Shown here piece after piece: positions 29,585 to 42,825 of a stretch of DNA of 64,000 nt (positions within the stretch are counted from its first letter, which is position 1; each line of letters begins with the position of its first letter). The stretch covers positions 1,216,001-1,280,000 of the forward strand of contig CAVVLO010000002.1 in assembly GCA_963749155.1 (NCBI GenBank), read 5' to 3'. The notes below the pieces were generated by a model that searched no databases, was not told the origin of the DNA, and worked only from the letters and a program-made list of their open reading frames with translations. The stretch is from an uncultured Armatimonadia bacterium. GTDB taxonomy: Bacteria > Armatimonadota > Zipacnadia > CAVVLO01. The position numbers and the translations under genes are program-made.

Positions 29585-30466
29585 TTAGAGCAGGTTCAGA
29601 ACACGCAGCGGCGTCAGCATGTCCTTCACGTGCATAGTCAGACCAAGCTCTTCAGGACTCATCCCGATGGCCACTCCCACCAGCTCCAGGAAGTTGTACA
29701 CCGGTATAGCCAGCTCTCTCCCCTTGGCGCGCGAGGCCTCGGCCTGACGCACCTCCAGGTTCATCTGGCAGAACGGGCACGCCGTCACGATGGCGTTTGC
29801 ACCCGAGTCAATCGCATTTTGCAGGATGCTTCCGCTCAGGTTCGCGATAACCTGGGGGAAGGTCAGCGTGAAGCTTGCCCCGCAACATTCAGTTTTGTAG
29901 GCCCACTCGACAACCTCGGCTCCTGTCGCCCGCAGGATGTCATCCATCGACTGTGGATACTCGGCGCTGTCCCAGCCGCCGGTCACCTCGGGCGTCCGGG
30001 TCAGCAGGCAGCCATAATAACAGGCAACCTTGAGGCCCTCCAGCGGGCGCTGAAGCAGTTCCTTGATCCGGCTCATAGCGTCCGTCTCATGCATCAACTG
30101 CAGGTTGTGCTTCACTTCCAGGGTGCCCTTGTAGCGCACTTCCCACTTCTCGCGCAGCTCGTGCATCGCCGGGATGTCACTCTTGAAAGCCCAGTCCGCC
30201 CGCTTCAGGCGGTTGTAACAGGCAGCGCAAGGAGCCGTTATGACGGGATCGATGCCCTCCATTGTCTCAGCCTGGGCCAGCACCCTGAGGGGCAGCGCCA
30301 GTGACAGCAACTGGTTCACCGAGTGGGCTGAAGTAGCCCCGCAGCAGTTCCAGTCGGGCACTTCCTTCAGAAAAATATCGAATTTGGGCAGCACAGCCTG
30401 GGTCGCCTTCTCCATATCTTTGCCGGAGGCGCTTGCAGTGCAGCCTGGAAAGTAAGCTACCTTCAT
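29585..30466 (-). CDS. hdrB: Heterodisulfide reductase subunit B
   Basis: Two CCG domains: YFPGC...WNCCGA...CAAC and YYGC...CCG...CPFC. Confidence 0.95.
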   Translation of the reverse strand: MKVAYFPGCTASASGKDMEKATQAVLPKFDIFLKEVPDWNCCGATSAHSVNQLLSLALPLRVLAQAETMEGIDPVITAPCAACYNRLKRADWAFKSDIPAMHELREKWEVRYKGTLEVKHNLQLMHETDAMSRIKELLQRPLEGLKVACYYGCLLTRTPEVTGGWDSAEYPQSMDDILRATGAEVVEWAYKTECCGASFTLTFPQVIANLSGSILQNAIDSGANAIVTACPFCQMNLEVRQAEASRAKGRELAIPVYNFLELVGVAIGMSPEELGLTMHVKDMLTPLRVLNLL

Positions 30467-30469
30467 AAT

Positions 30470-31105
30470 CTAGTCTTCCTCTTCCTTGGCCTCGGCCTCG
30501 GAGTGGCCTTCGACCTTTGCCTCGATATGCTCGAGGTCTGGCGCGAGCTTCTCGAACATCTCGCGGATCTCCTCGCGCGCCTTTACCGAGTGGGGCAGCA
30601 AGCCCATCCGGCCTTTTGCCATCAGCATTGCGCCCAGGTCCATATCGCCAAAAAACTGCATCCGCTTGGTGCGGTAACGCATCAACATTCCCATCTCGTA
30701 TACGCGCCCATACTTCTTGACCGTGTCGAGGAAGTACCTGTGGAAGGTAGTGATGGCTTCTTCGCCAACTACTCCTTCCTCAACAGAAAGCTCGCGCATT
30801 ACATCTATGCACTCGTCTATCTTGATCTCCATCGGGCACCGCGTCGTGCAGGTCATACAACTTACACAGAACCAGATGGCCTTGCTCGAGAGGGCCCGGT
30901 CCTTCATGCCCAGGTTGATAAGCCTGATAAGCTGGTGCGGCCCATAGTCGAAATACTCGTTCATAGGGCAACCCGCAGTGCATTTGGCGCACTGGTAGCA
31001 CTTCTTAACGTCGGTCTCGGCCAGCGCCTCGACCTTGCCGCGAAACTCCGGGTCGACCTGGTCGCCTTCGAAGCGGGCCATTCTTTCGATGATCTCAAGT
31101 CCCAT
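30470..31105 (-). CDS. hdrC: Heterodisulfide reductase subunit C
   Basis: CYQCAKCTAGCP and W.CVSCMTCTTRCP. Confidence 0.95.
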   Translation of the reverse strand: MGLEIIERMARFEGDQVDPEFRGKVEALAETDVKKCYQCAKCTAGCPMNEYFDYGPHQLIRLINLGMKDRALSSKAIWFCVSCMTCTTRCPMEIKIDECIDVMRELSVEEGVVGEEAITTFHRYFLDTVKKYGRVYEMGMLMRYRTKRMQFFGDMDLGAMLMAKGRMGLLPHSVKAREEIREMFEKLAPDLEHIEAKVEGHSEAEAKEEED

Positions 31106-31172
31106 TGCCTGTTACTCCTTGAGCCTGTGGCTTTCCACAAGCCTTCTAAAAGCCAACGCTTGCCTCGGGGGC

Positions 31173-32630
31173 CTAGTTCCAGCCCGCAAGCTGCGCTGCA
31201 AAGGTCACGGCTCTCAGCAACCCAGCAGGCATAAGCCCTAGCGCCAGGGTCAGCAGCAGCGTGAAAGCAAGCGCCACGTTCAGCGACCAGCCGGCCCGGA
31301 TAGGCGCCTTCTCGAGTTGCTCACTCGGCTTCACGAAGTACATCAGCCTGGTCACGTTGAAATAATAGTACAGCGAGATGACACTATTTAGCACGCCGAT
31401 GATCGCAAGCCACAGATACCCCTGCTGGATGGCCGCCGCGAAGACATACAGCTTGCCCCAGAAGCCAAGCAGCGGCGGGATTCCCGCCAGCGACAGCAAG
31501 AAGAGCACGAGCATAAGCGCAAGGCCAGGCGAGACCTGTGCCAGCCCCGCATAATCGGCTATCTCTTCGGTGCCCAGTGCGTTCTTCACATAGATAACAA
31601 TGGCAAAAGCGCCCAGGTTCATCGCTACATAGGCGGCCGAATACAGCAGCACGCCTTCCAGCGCCAGGTTATCCTGGGCCGCCACGACGATCCCCATAAA
31701 AATGTAGCCCGCCTGCGCGATAGAGCTATAGGCCAGCATACGCTTCATATTGCGCTGGGGTATGGCCACCACGTTGCCGATGGTCATCGTCAGCGCGCAC
31801 AGCAGCCCGAAAACTGGCAGCCAGAGAGGCGCATAATGCTCCATCCCGACGACAAAGACGCGCAGCAGCGCCGCGAATCCCGCCAGCTTTGGCGTCACCG
31901 AGAGGAAGGCCGTAATCGGCGTAGGCGCGCCCTCGTAGACGTCCGGCGACCACATATGGAAAGGCACCAGGGCTATCTTGAAGCCCAGCCCTACCATCAT
32001 AAAGATGGCGGCCGCGAACATCGCCGGCGAGAGATTCGAACTCGCTTGCAGCTCGGAAAGATAGGTAGTCCCAGTCAGGCCATAGATTAGCGAGATGCCA
32101 TACAGCATAAAGGCAGAACAAGCCGCCCCGTACAGCAGATACTTCAGGCCGCCTTCAGAAGAAGGCTTGTCGCCCCTGACATAGCCGACCAGGATATAGC
32201 TCGTGATACTGACCAGCTCGATGCTGATATAAAGTGTCAGCAGCTCCTTGGCCGCCACCGCCAGCATGATGCCGCCCACGGTCACTGCGAGCAGCGCGAA
32301 GAACTCGCCCTGGAAGTGGGGCATCCGCTGCTGGACATACTCAACCGCGAGCAGGCAGACCAGCGCGCCGGAAAGCAGGGCAAGCAACTGGAAGAAGGCC
32401 GCCATCCCGTCGAAGGCCAGCAAATCAGAAATCCAAAGGGGCATCCCTGCGGCTTCGGCATCGACGCCCATCCCGTTCAAGGTCTGTATCCCTATCAGGA
32501 TGAACCCAACCGCCGCCACCCAGGCAAGCCACGACTTCCTGGTGGACAGTGACAGCATATCCAGTATCAGGAGGGCTACAGCCAACCCGAACACCAGCAA
32601 TATGGGCATTAGTGGAGCAACTGCCTGCAA
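31173..32630 (-). CDS. nuoN: Complex I-like subunit N
   Basis: EGGLKY, FKIALVPFHMWSPDVYEGAPTP, KRMLAYSSIA, SLAGIPP..GF.GK. Confidence 0.95.
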   Translation of the reverse strand: MQAVAPLMPILLVFGLAVALLILDMLSLSTRKSWLAWVAAVGFILIGIQTLNGMGVDAEAAGMPLWISDLLAFDGMAAFFQLLALLSGALVCLLAVEYVQQRMPHFQGEFFALLAVTVGGIMLAVAAKELLTLYISIELVSITSYILVGYVRGDKPSSEGGLKYLLYGAACSAFMLYGISLIYGLTGTTYLSELQASSNLSPAMFAAAIFMMVGLGFKIALVPFHMWSPDVYEGAPTPITAFLSVTPKLAGFAALLRVFVVGMEHYAPLWLPVFGLLCALTMTIGNVVAIPQRNMKRMLAYSSIAQAGYIFMGIVVAAQDNLALEGVLLYSAAYVAMNLGAFAIVIYVKNALGTEEIADYAGLAQVSPGLALMLVLFLLSLAGIPPLLGFWGKLYVFAAAIQQGYLWLAIIGVLNSVISLYYYFNVTRLMYFVKPSEQLEKAPIRAGWSLNVALAFTLLLTLALGLMPAGLLRAVTFAAQLAGWN

Positions 32631-32643
32631 CTTGGCGCCTCCG

Positions 32644-34143
32644 TCAGAGCCCCAGGGTCTGTCCGAGCGTACCGAGCGCGCTCGCCAGGTTCATTACCGC
32701 TTCATTCGCCGGGCCGGTAACGAGGAAGGGTGCAAGCCCTATCGCCACCGTCAGCACCATCAGCGGTACCAGTACGCCGACCTCGTGCAAGTTGAGATCG
32801 GCCATCTCAGCGTATTTCTCATTCACCTCGCCCAGCAACACGCGCTGGACAGTCCAAAGCAGATAAGCTGCGCCCAATACTATACCGATCACCGAAAGGG
32901 CGGTGATAATCTGGAAGACGGGGAAGGCCCCCATCAGCACGAAAAGCTCGGACACGAAGCCGCTCATCGTCGGCAGGCCCAGCGAGCCCAGGCAAATGAA
33001 GATGAAGATGCCCGAGTAGACCGGCGCCACCGCGCCCAGTCCCCCGAAGTTGCCGATAACTCTGTGATGAGCGCGCTCGTAAAGCATCCCTACGAGAAGG
33101 AAGAGGGCGCCCGTAAGCAACCCGTGGCTGAACATCTGCAAGATGGCCCCGTGCATCGCCTGGGGCGTCCCGGCGGCAAGGCCCAGCATTATAAAGCCCA
33201 TATGGCCTACCGAGCTATACGCTACCAGCTTCTTCAGGTCGGACTGGGCCATAGCCACGAGCGACCCGTAGATGATGCTGATAAGCGCAAGCACCGCCAC
33301 CAGCCCCGAATAGGCGATGCTCATATCTGGCATTATCGGCATCGAGATGCGCATAAAGGCGTAAGTGCCCATCTTCAGCAGCACACCGGCCAGTATGACA
33401 GAGCCAGCGGTCGGTGCTTCGACGTGAGCATCGGGCAACCAGGTGTGGAAGGGCCAGACCGGCACCTTGATTGCGAAACCCACAAAGAGGAACCAGTACA
33501 CCACGCCCGCAAGCGGCATCAGGCCCGCCATCGGCGTCAGGCGCGCCCACTCCAGCAGGTCAAAGGTGCGCGGGTCGGTGTGGAAGTAGATAATCAGTAT
33601 GCCAAGCAGCATCAGCACGCTGCCTGCCAGCGTGTAGAGGAAGAACTTGATGGCCGCGTATTCGCGCCGCTCGTGACCCCAGATGCCAATCAGGAAGTAC
33701 ATCGGCACCAGGCTGACTTCCCAGAAGACGTAGAACAGAATCATATCCAGCGAGCAGAAGACGCCCAGTGTGCCCATCTCGAGCAGCAGGAACAGGGCGA
33801 AATACTCTTTCACCCGTACCTTCACGATGAAGGAGTAGACGATAGACAGGAAGGTAAGCAGCGTCGTCAGGACGACCATCGGCAACGACAGGCCATCGAG
33901 CCCGATATGGTAGCTCGCGCCTATCTGGGGGATCCAGCTATACTGCTCTTCAAACTGCATCCCGACGGCATTCTGGTCAAAGGCCCAATACAGGTAGAAG
34001 GACAGCAGCATCGCGGCGAAAGACACAATCGCCGCAAACCACTTGATAAACTTCTCCTGTTCTTTCGGCACCAGCATCAGAACAAGTACGCCTGCCAGAG
34101 GCAGGAACACCTGTACCGAAAGCAGTCCGCTAGCTCCATCCAT
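32644..34143 (-). CDS. nuoM: Complex I-like subunit M
   Basis: FWE, AAIKFFLYT, KVPVWPFHTWLPDAHVEAPT, LLKMG, AYSS..HMG. Confidence 0.95.
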   Translation of the reverse strand: MDGASGLLSVQVFLPLAGVLVLMLVPKEQEKFIKWFAAIVSFAAMLLSFYLYWAFDQNAVGMQFEEQYSWIPQIGASYHIGLDGLSLPMVVLTTLLTFLSIVYSFIVKVRVKEYFALFLLLEMGTLGVFCSLDMILFYVFWEVSLVPMYFLIGIWGHERREYAAIKFFLYTLAGSVLMLLGILIIYFHTDPRTFDLLEWARLTPMAGLMPLAGVVYWFLFVGFAIKVPVWPFHTWLPDAHVEAPTAGSVILAGVLLKMGTYAFMRISMPIMPDMSIAYSGLVAVLALISIIYGSLVAMAQSDLKKLVAYSSVGHMGFIMLGLAAGTPQAMHGAILQMFSHGLLTGALFLLVGMLYERAHHRVIGNFGGLGAVAPVYSGIFIFICLGSLGLPTMSGFVSELFVLMGAFPVFQIITALSVIGIVLGAAYLLWTVQRVLLGEVNEKYAEMADLNLHEVGVLVPLMVLTVAIGLAPFLVTGPANEAVMNLASALGTLGQTLGL

Positions 34144-34160
34144 TGCTATCTACTCCCAGC

Positions 34161-36156
<1,996 letters not shown>

Positions 36157-36163
36157 CGTAAGG

Positions 36164-36484
36164 TTACCACTTCAACAGATTGAGCTTGTCGACGAGCGAG
36201 GTGCGGTGAGAGCGCCAGACGGTGATGACCAGCGCAAGCCCGACCGCTATCTCGGCTACGGCGACACAGATTACAAACAGGGCGAAGATCTGCCCGGCGA
36301 AATTATCCGGCGTCACGAACCTGGCGAAAGCCACCAGGTTGAGGTTTACCGCGTTCAGCATCAGCTCGATACACATCAGCACGCCGATAGCGTGCCTGCG
36401 GATGAGCACTCCATAAAGCCCAATGCAGAAAAGCAGGGCTGCCAGTATCAGATATTGTTCAAGCGAAGGGGCGCCGATTGTCAT
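36164..36484 (-). CDS. nuoK: Complex I-like subunit K
   Basis: [23 protein letters not shown]. Confidence 0.95.
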   Translation of the reverse strand: MTIGAPSLEQYLILAALLFCIGLYGVLIRRHAIGVLMCIELMLNAVNLNLVAFARFVTPDNFAGQIFALFVICVAVAEIAVGLALVITVWRSHRTSLVDKLNLLKW

Positions 36485-37014
36485 TTTTCCGGACGCACCT
36501 CCTTCGCAATCACCACAGCGCCTATCAGGGCCACCAGCAGCAGGATGGAAGCTATCTCAAAGGGCAGCACAAACTTCGTGAACAGCGTCTCAGTTAGTCC
36601 CAAAAGGCTTGCATCGGTCAGCGCCTGACCCGTCGCGGCATCTGAAGTAACCGCTGGATAGTCCGAATTCAAGAGCACCGCGATAAGCAGCGGCAGGAAA
36701 GCTCCGAATACGATTACAGCGCCCAGTCCTACCTGCTCATTGGTCTGGGCGATGGGCCGCTTGAGTGCCCGGCGCGTCACCATAACGGTCATCAGCACCA
36801 GGATGGACACGCCGGCCGCGTAAATCATTATCTGTACGACGCCCAGATAGGGCGCCGACAGCATAAAGAAGAAACCCGCCACGACCAGCATCGTGAAGGC
36901 CAGCGCCACCGCTGCGTGCAGGATGTTGCGCACCATCACGACGCAGATGGCCCCGCCCACCAGCAGTACAGCAAGTATCCAGAAGAGCAGTTGCGAACCC
37001 AAAGCGGTAATCAT
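36481..37014 (-). CDS. nuoJ: Complex I-like subunit J
   Basis: [32 protein letters not shown]. Confidence 0.92.
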   Translation of the reverse strand: MITALGSQLLFWILAVLLVGGAICVVMVRNILHAAVALAFTMLVVAGFFFMLSAPYLGVVQIMIYAAGVSILVLMTVMVTRRALKRPIAQTNEQVGLGAVIVFGAFLPLLIAVLLNSDYPAVTSDAATGQALTDASLLGLTETLFTKFVLPFEIASILLLVALIGAVVIAKEVRPEK

Positions 37015-37485
37015 AGCTTCTCCACCGCCTGGTCTGGCCGCTTGCCCTGGGCTATCAGACGCGGCAGATCGTAAACCAGGTCCTCTGGCTCATAGCTTGT
37101 AAGGTCATATGCCTCGGTCAGGAAGATGGCATCCACCGGACAGATCTCCTCGCACATCCCGCAGAAGATGCAGGTCAGGTGGTCTACCTCGAAATCCTAC
37201 CAGCAGCTTCTTCTTGCTGCCCTCGGGCTGTTCGGTCTTCAGTGTGATGGATTTGGTGGGGCAGATGCGCTCGCACAGCCCGCAAGAGATGCACTTGGGC
37301 GCGCCCTTCTCGTCCACCGCCATCGCCAGTATGCCGCGCCAGGCATCATAGACCTTGCGCTTCTGCTGCGGATAGTGGATGGTCACGGCCTTCCGGTTGA
37401 AATACTTTTGAGTGACACTCATCCCGGCCAGGACGGTGTAAGGCCAGCCCACGATGGACTTCAGGCTTTCCAGCAGCTTGCTCAC
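37011..37485 (-). CDS. nuoI: Complex I-like subunit I (frameshift near 37196)
   Basis: VT..YP, CISCGLCERICP; after the shift the frame reads DFEVDHLTCIFCGMCEEICPVDAI...EKL-stop, overlapping the nuoJ ATG. Confidence 0.9.
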
Positions 37486-38597
37486 TGGCCAGCCCCCTTC
37501 ACGAGCAGCCACCAGGCGGCGAAGAAGATGTTCAGGACGCCAATCGGCACCAGCACCTTCCAGGCGATGCCCATAAGCTGGTCAACGCGGATACGGGGCA
37601 GAGTCCAGCTCCACCAAAGCGAGATATATATAAGGATATAGACTTTTAAGAAGAACCAGAACAAGCCGCTCACGATGCCTGTCGTCGGTCCCAGCGGCGA
37701 ATGCCAACCGCCCAGGAACATTGTCACCGCGACCGCGCACATTGTGAACAGGTTGATGTACTCCGAGAACATAATCATCGAGAACTTCATACCGGTGTAT
37801 TCGGTCGTGAAGCCTGTGACAAGCTCGGATTCCGCTTCCAGCAGGTTGAAGGGCGCGCGGTTTACCTCTGCCGTGCCCGCCAGGAAGAAAAGCACCAGCG
37901 CGATAAAACCTGGCACGGTGAGGAAGTTCCAGTGAAGCAGGCTTGACGACTGGTAGTTGGCCACACTGACCATGCTCATCGAGCCTGACAGCATTACGCC
38001 GACCACCAGCGCCAGCATCAGGGGCATCTCATAACTGACAAGCTGCCCTGCCGCTCTCATCCCACCCAGCAGCGAATACTTGCTGTTCTGGCCCCAGCTT
38101 CCCAGCAGGATGGCCAGCGCCGTAAAACTGGTCACTGCCGAGATAAAAAACACGCCGATGTTGAGGTCTGCGGCCACCAGCTTGGGCCCGAAGGGGATGC
38201 ACAGATAAGCCGTGAAGGCGAAGCCGACCGCCAGGATTGGACCGAGTATAAAAAGGAAAGCGTCCGCCTGCTTGTGGCGGATGTCCTCCTTCCGCATCAG
38301 TTTGATGGTGTCGGCGATCGTCTGCAGGATGCCGTGCACCTTGCCCACATACATCGGGCCAACACGCGATTGCCAGCGGGCGCTGAGCTTGCGCTCCAGC
38401 CACACCAGGAACATAACCGTCAGCGACAGGAATATATAGAAGATAATAATGGCGACGACGGAGACGACGATATTCCAGATGCTGTCAAGCTCCACGGCCT
38501 TCAGGCCGCGCGAAAGCATCCAGGCATCCAGCATCGTGGGGATGCCAACAATCCAGCCCCAAGCTGCTCCCAGCCAGTCTCCAAGTGTCTGCCACAT
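37482..38597 (-). CDS. nuoH: Complex I-like subunit H
   Basis: ERK..A..Q.R.GP, AD.IKL..KE, KYSLLGGMR, E.NRAPFNL.EAESEL..G..TEY, LPR.R.DQL. Confidence 0.95.
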   Translation of the reverse strand: MWQTLGDWLGAAWGWIVGIPTMLDAWMLSRGLKAVELDSIWNIVVSVVAIIIFYIFLSLTVMFLVWLERKLSARWQSRVGPMYVGKVHGILQTIADTIKLMRKEDIRHKQADAFLFILGPILAVGFAFTAYLCIPFGPKLVAADLNIGVFFISAVTSFTALAILLGSWGQNSKYSLLGGMRAAGQLVSYEMPLMLALVVGVMLSGSMSMVSVANYQSSSLLHWNFLTVPGFIALVLFFLAGTAEVNRAPFNLLEAESELVTGFTTEYTGMKFSMIMFSEYINLFTMCAVAVTMFLGGWHSPLGPTTGIVSGLFWFFLKVYILIYISLWWSWTLPRIRVDQLMGIAWKVLVPIGVLNIFFAAWWLLVKGAGQ

Positions 38598-38599
38598 AG

Positions 38600-39787
38600 T
38601 TACCGGTCCACTTCTCCCATCACGACATCCAGGCTTCCGAAGATGGCCACCAGGTCGGCCAGCTTGAGCCCGAGCGCGGTATAGGGGACTGCCATAATAT
38701 GGATAAACGAAGGCGCCTTGATGTTAGCCCTGTAAGGCTTCTCGCTCCCGTCGCTTATCAGATAGAATCCCAGGTCGCCACGAGGCGCCTCGATATGCGC
38801 ATTGGCTTCGCCCGCTTCCGGCTTGAGCACCCGCGGCACTTTCGCCATCGTCGGCCCTTCCGGCAGTTGCTGAAGCGCCTGGCGGATTATCCGGATGGCC
38901 TGGTGCATCTCGTGATAACGCACATAAGCTCGATCCAGACTGTCTCCCTGCTGGCCAAGCGGCACCTCGAACTTGAACCTGTCGTAAACCGAGTACGGCT
39001 TGTCCCGGCGCAGATCCCAGTCTACCCCTGAACCTCGAAGATTCGGTCCGCTTATCCCGAGCGCCAGGGCATCTTCGCGCCTTAGAAAACCGATGTCTTT
39101 GGTCCGGTACTGGAAGATGGCGTTCTTCAGCAGCAGCTTCTCATATTCTGGCAGCTTCTCTTCGATAGCTCTGAGCGCTGTCCAGCACCTGTCTACCCAG
39201 CCCTCGGGCAGATCGCACTTGACTCCACCGATCCGGTAATAGTTGAAAGTCATCCGCTGGCCGGTCAGCTCTTCGAGCAACTCCATTATCAGCTCGCGCT
39301 CGCGGAAACAGTAAAGCACCATCGTGGTGGCGCCGAGGTCGACCCCATAAGTCCCAAGCCATACCAGGTGGCTCGCGATGCGCATAAGCTCATCGCAGAT
39401 TACCCGGATGAACTCGGCCCGCTCCGGTACTTCGACCTTCGCGAGCTTCTCGACCGCCAGCACATAAGCGTGCTCATTGGTCAGTCCCGCCAGATAATCA
39501 AGCCGGTCCACCAGGGCGATGTTTTGAGCCCAGGTGAAGCCTTCCATCAGCTTCTCGATGCCCCGATGCAGGTACCCTACATGACACTCGATCTCGTTGA
39601 GCTGCTCGCCTTCCATCCTGAGGAACATCCTGAACACGCCGTGCGTACTCGGATGGGAAGGCCCCATATTCAGCCAGAACTGTTCGAGCCCGCTCGCATC
39701 CGCCTCGGGATGCGTAAGCCGGTCCAGGTCAGAAGAATTGATTTCCGGTGCGCCAAATCTTGTCATCTTTCGATTACCGGTTTCCAC
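38600..39787 (-). CDS. nuoD: Complex I-like subunit D
   Basis: NMGPSHPSTHGV, GYLHRGIEK, RLDY, C-terminal GEVDR; no NiFe-binding CxxC motifs. Confidence 0.95.
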   Translation of the reverse strand: METGNRKMTRFGAPEINSSDLDRLTHPEADASGLEQFWLNMGPSHPSTHGVFRMFLRMEGEQLNEIECHVGYLHRGIEKLMEGFTWAQNIALVDRLDYLAGLTNEHAYVLAVEKLAKVEVPERAEFIRVICDELMRIASHLVWLGTYGVDLGATTMVLYCFRERELIMELLEELTGQRMTFNYYRIGGVKCDLPEGWVDRCWTALRAIEEKLPEYEKLLLKNAIFQYRTKDIGFLRREDALALGISGPNLRGSGVDWDLRRDKPYSVYDRFKFEVPLGQQGDSLDRAYVRYHEMHQAIRIIRQALQQLPEGPTMAKVPRVLKPEAGEANAHIEAPRGDLGFYLISDGSEKPYRANIKAPSFIHIMAVPYTALGLKLADLVAIFGSLDVVMGEVDR

Positions 39788-40221
39788 TCTTTCAGCAGCG
39801 GATTCCCAACGAAGCCCTCCGGCAGCAGGATGACCCTGAGATCCGGATGGCCTTCAAATTCGATTCCGAACATATCGAAGGTCTCTCGTTCATGCCAGTT
39901 GGCTCCCGCATAGACCTCGACTGCGGAGGGACATACTGGCTTTTCTTTCGAGACCTTTACCCGCACGAAACACTCGAGCTTCGTCTTCAGCGAGTGCAGG
40001 TGATGCACGACTTCCAGGCTGTCGCCTCTGTCTATCCCAAACGCCTGGGAATACCAGTCGAAACCGAGCATCTCGTCATCGCGCAGCAAGCCAAGCGTTG
40101 CAATCAAGGCCTCGGCCGGCGCCGTCAGGCTGAATTCGGTCTCATCGCCGAACTCGGCCAGCGTCACTCCAGCCGGCAGCTTGCCCTCGAGATATTCGAT
40201 TGCCTCAGTGGCAGTAGTCAT
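39763..40221 (-). CDS. nuoC: Complex I-like subunit C
   Basis: ANWHERETFDMFGIEFEGHPDLRVILL...G.PL.K. Confidence 0.92.
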   Translation of the reverse strand: MTTATEAIEYLEGKLPAGVTLAEFGDETEFSLTAPAEALIATLGLLRDDEMLGFDWYSQAFGIDRGDSLEVVHHLHSLKTKLECFVRVKVSKEKPVCPSAVEVYAGANWHERETFDMFGIEFEGHPDLRVILLPEGFVGNPLLKEWKPVIER

Positions 40222-40775
40222 TATTTGCTGGTCTTCCATTTGGGCTTGGCAATACGGGGCTGGTTGTGCTCGTAAGCCTCATTGCGCCGGATACTTCCCT
40301 TGGCTATCTGCCTCTGCAGGGCCATCACCGATTCAATCAAAGCTTCGGGGCGCGGCGGACAACCAGGCAGATAGACATCCACCGGCACAATCTTGTCGAC
40401 GCCATTCACGACGCCATAAGCGTTCTGGAATATGCCTCCGGAGCAGGCGCAGGCGCCCATCGCGATGACATACTTCGGCTCTGGCATCTGTTCGTAAAGC
40501 AGGCGAACCCGTTTGGCCATCTTGTAAGTGACGGTGCCCGAAACCAGCAGCAGGTCGCTTTGCCTGGGGGTCGCGCGCGGAATAACGCCGAACCGGTCGA
40601 AGTCGTAGTGGGCGACGTAAGTGCTCATCATCTCGATGGCGCAGCATGCCAGGCCAAAAGTCATCGGCCAGACAGAACACTTCTGGGCCCAGTTGAAGAC
40701 CAGGTCCAGGGTCGTCGTCACAATTTGTCCGCCAACCTTGTCAGCGAACTCGGGCACGCGATCGATTATAGCCAT
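40221..40775 (-). CDS. nuoB: Complex I-like subunit B
   Basis: [26 protein letters not shown]. Confidence 0.96.
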   Translation of the reverse strand: MAIIDRVPEFADKVGGQIVTTTLDLVFNWAQKCSVWPMTFGLACCAIEMMSTYVAHYDFDRFGVIPRATPRQSDLLLVSGTVTYKMAKRVRLLYEQMPEPKYVIAMGACACSGGIFQNAYGVVNGVDKIVPVDVYLPGCPPRPEALIESVMALQRQIAKGSIRRNEAYEHNQPRIAKPKWKTSK

Positions 40776-41131
40776 TCAAGTGCACCCTTGCGCCAGGCAT
40801 AACCCAGCCCAAATAAAAGGACCAACAGGAAAAGAGCCATCTCGAAAAAGGCAAATCCGGCCAGGTCGGGCAACTGCTTGAAAATCAGCGCCCACGGAAA
40901 AAGGAAGGCCGTCTCCAGTTCGAACAGCAAGAAGAGCAAGGCGATTACATAATATTGTGGTTTGAAACGCAGCCAGCTATCTCCAAAAGGCAACTCGCCG
41001 CACTCATAAGCAGTGCGTTTGCCATCAGTGGGAGCATGAGGCCGGAGTATCCAGGCGAAGATAAATGCGCCAACTGCCATTAGCATCCCGCCAAGCAGGA
41101 AAAGCAAGATGCCAACGTAATTGTGTTGCAC
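40766..41131 (-). CDS. nuoA: Complex I-like subunit A
   Basis: [29 protein letters not shown]. Confidence 0.95.
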   Translation of the reverse strand: MQHNYVGILLFLLGGMLMAVGAFIFAWILRPHAPTDGKRTAYECGELPFGDSWLRFKPQYYVIALLFLLFELETAFLFPWALIFKQLPDLAGFAFFEMALFLLVLLFGLGYAWRKGALEWL

Positions 41132-41417
41132 TACCCTCACCTGCCCACACATGAAAAGGCTGGTCGCGGTCATCTGTCTGTTTGGCCCGCTACCAGCTGA
41201 CCTTTAGATATACACCTTCAGCGGTCCGGGGTCAATAATCGACCCTTTCAGAAGGGGGCATCCGGTGGGTAAATAACGGCAAAAACGTCTTCTACTTGCC
41301 GCCTCCCCAAAAAAGGTGAAAAAAACTTGCCGTAAAGCCGAACTTGCAGACTACTCGCCTCGTAGGTAGTATAACGCCTAATCCGACCTGTTCTTGCAAA
41401 GAGGATAGGCGCAGGGA

Positions 41418-42815
41418 GTGTTAGTCCTTATGAGTATCGCCAAAAAGGCGACTTTGGTCGCCAGTTTTTTGCTTGCTTGTTGCTTTTTATCTGGCCCTGT
41501 TCTTGCCCAGCCAGCCAGCCCACCTGAGCCTCCTGCTACGCCTGCGGCAACTGAGGCGCCGGCCGCGGAAGCCCCTGCTACCGAGCCTGTTGAGGTAAAA
41601 GTCGAGGTTACCCTTTCCGAGCAAGGTGTTACCCTCATCGCCCGCGAGGCCGATGCCCACGAGGTTTTCTACAGGTTGGGGGCTGCTACTGGCACCTGGA
41701 TTATCGTTAACCAGTCGGTTAATCAGAAATTGACCCTGGTGCTTCGTAACCGGACCCTGGAGGAAATATTCGAGGCAATCGCCACTGGTTATGGGCTCTC
41801 CTGGTCGAAGATAAGCGGCTACTATATGATATCGAAAGGCATTCCCGACGATCCCGCCGCCTATCTGCTAAGCGACATTGCAACTATTCCTCTAAATTAT
41901 GTCCAGGCTTCGGCTGCCAAGTCTCTGCTGCCGGTCTTTCTACAGGACCACGTCCATATCAACGAGCAACAAAACGCGGTCGTGCTCTCAGGTCCACGCG
42001 AGGTGCTGGCCAAGTTCGAACAGGATATCAAGCAGTTTGATATTCCCGCAGAGCAGATCCTGATCGATGTGCTTATGGTCGAGCTTACCCGCGATGGCAG
42101 CGAACGTCTTTCCTCCGCCATCCAGTGGGTAAACAACGGCGACAGCTACTCAACCGACAGTGAAGATGGTTCTGTCGAATGGGAATCTGATGCTTACAAC
42201 TGGAGCACATATGCCCAGCTTGACGACCAGTTTTGGATGGCCCTTCAAGGGCTTGAAACCTCTGGTGACGCTTCGGTGCGCGCCCAGCCCAGCATCGCCA
42301 CTGTCTCGGGTCAGGCTGCCGAGGTCTTCATCGGGGTTGAAAAGTATCTGAAGACTAACGTCCAGATGGTTGGTCAGTCCTCTAGCGGCACGCGCACCTC
42401 CATCCAGGCGGGTATCCGACTCGCAATTACCCCCTGGACCGGTGGCGCAGGCACCATCCTGGCGCGTATCGAGCCAGAAATCAGTACTCTGTCGGCCGAT
42501 GATCCAATCACAGGTCTGCCCGAAATGAGCAGTCGCAATGCCGAAACCTGGGTGCGTCTCAAGGACAGTCAGACCATTGTCATCGGTGGTCTCACCCAGC
42601 GCGAAAAACGCACTACCATTGGCGGCATCCCTCTCTTGAAGGACCTGCCTCTGATTGGCAAATTGTTCCAGCGTCGCAGTTCTGAAGAAATCGAGACCGA
42701 ACTTGTTATCTTCGTAACCCCTCGCCGCCTGTCCGCTTCGGGGCAGCTTTCGCCTGAAGAAGAAACTAGGCTCAAGGAAAAGTTTGGTCTGGAGGATTTT
42801 AACGGGGCGCTGTAG
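41418..42815 (+). CDS. Secretin-family outer-membrane protein 1
   Basis: Signal peptide, STN/N0-like and N3-like domains, secretin core VRLKDSQTIVIGGL...IPLLKDLPLIGKLF...ELVIFVTP. Confidence 0.88.
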   Translation: MLVLMSIAKKATLVASFLLACCFLSGPVLAQPASPPEPPATPAATEAPAAEAPATEPVEVKVEVTLSEQGVTLIAREADAHEVFYRLGAATGTWIIVNQSVNQKLTLVLRNRTLEEIFEAIATGYGLSWSKISGYYMISKGIPDDPAAYLLSDIATIPLNYVQASAAKSLLPVFLQDHVHINEQQNAVVLSGPREVLAKFEQDIKQFDIPAEQILIDVLMVELTRDGSERLSSAIQWVNNGDSYSTDSEDGSVEWESDAYNWSTYAQLDDQFWMALQGLETSGDASVRAQPSIATVSGQAAEVFIGVEKYLKTNVQMVGQSSSGTRTSIQAGIRLAITPWTGGAGTILARIEPEISTLSADDPITGLPEMSSRNAETWVRLKDSQTIVIGGLTQREKRTTIGGIPLLKDLPLIGKLFQRRSSEEIETELVIFVTPRRLSASGQLSPEEETRLKEKFGLEDFNGAL

Positions 42816-42825
42816 CCCCTCCTGT

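Noticed and set aside
38600..40775. Group 4 [NiFe] energy-converting hydrogenase (Ech/Hyf/Mbh)
   Set aside because: The large subunit lacks both CxxC nickel-binding motifs and ends in GEVDR. The small subunit has the adjacent CC of NuoB, and nuoA/J/K are present.
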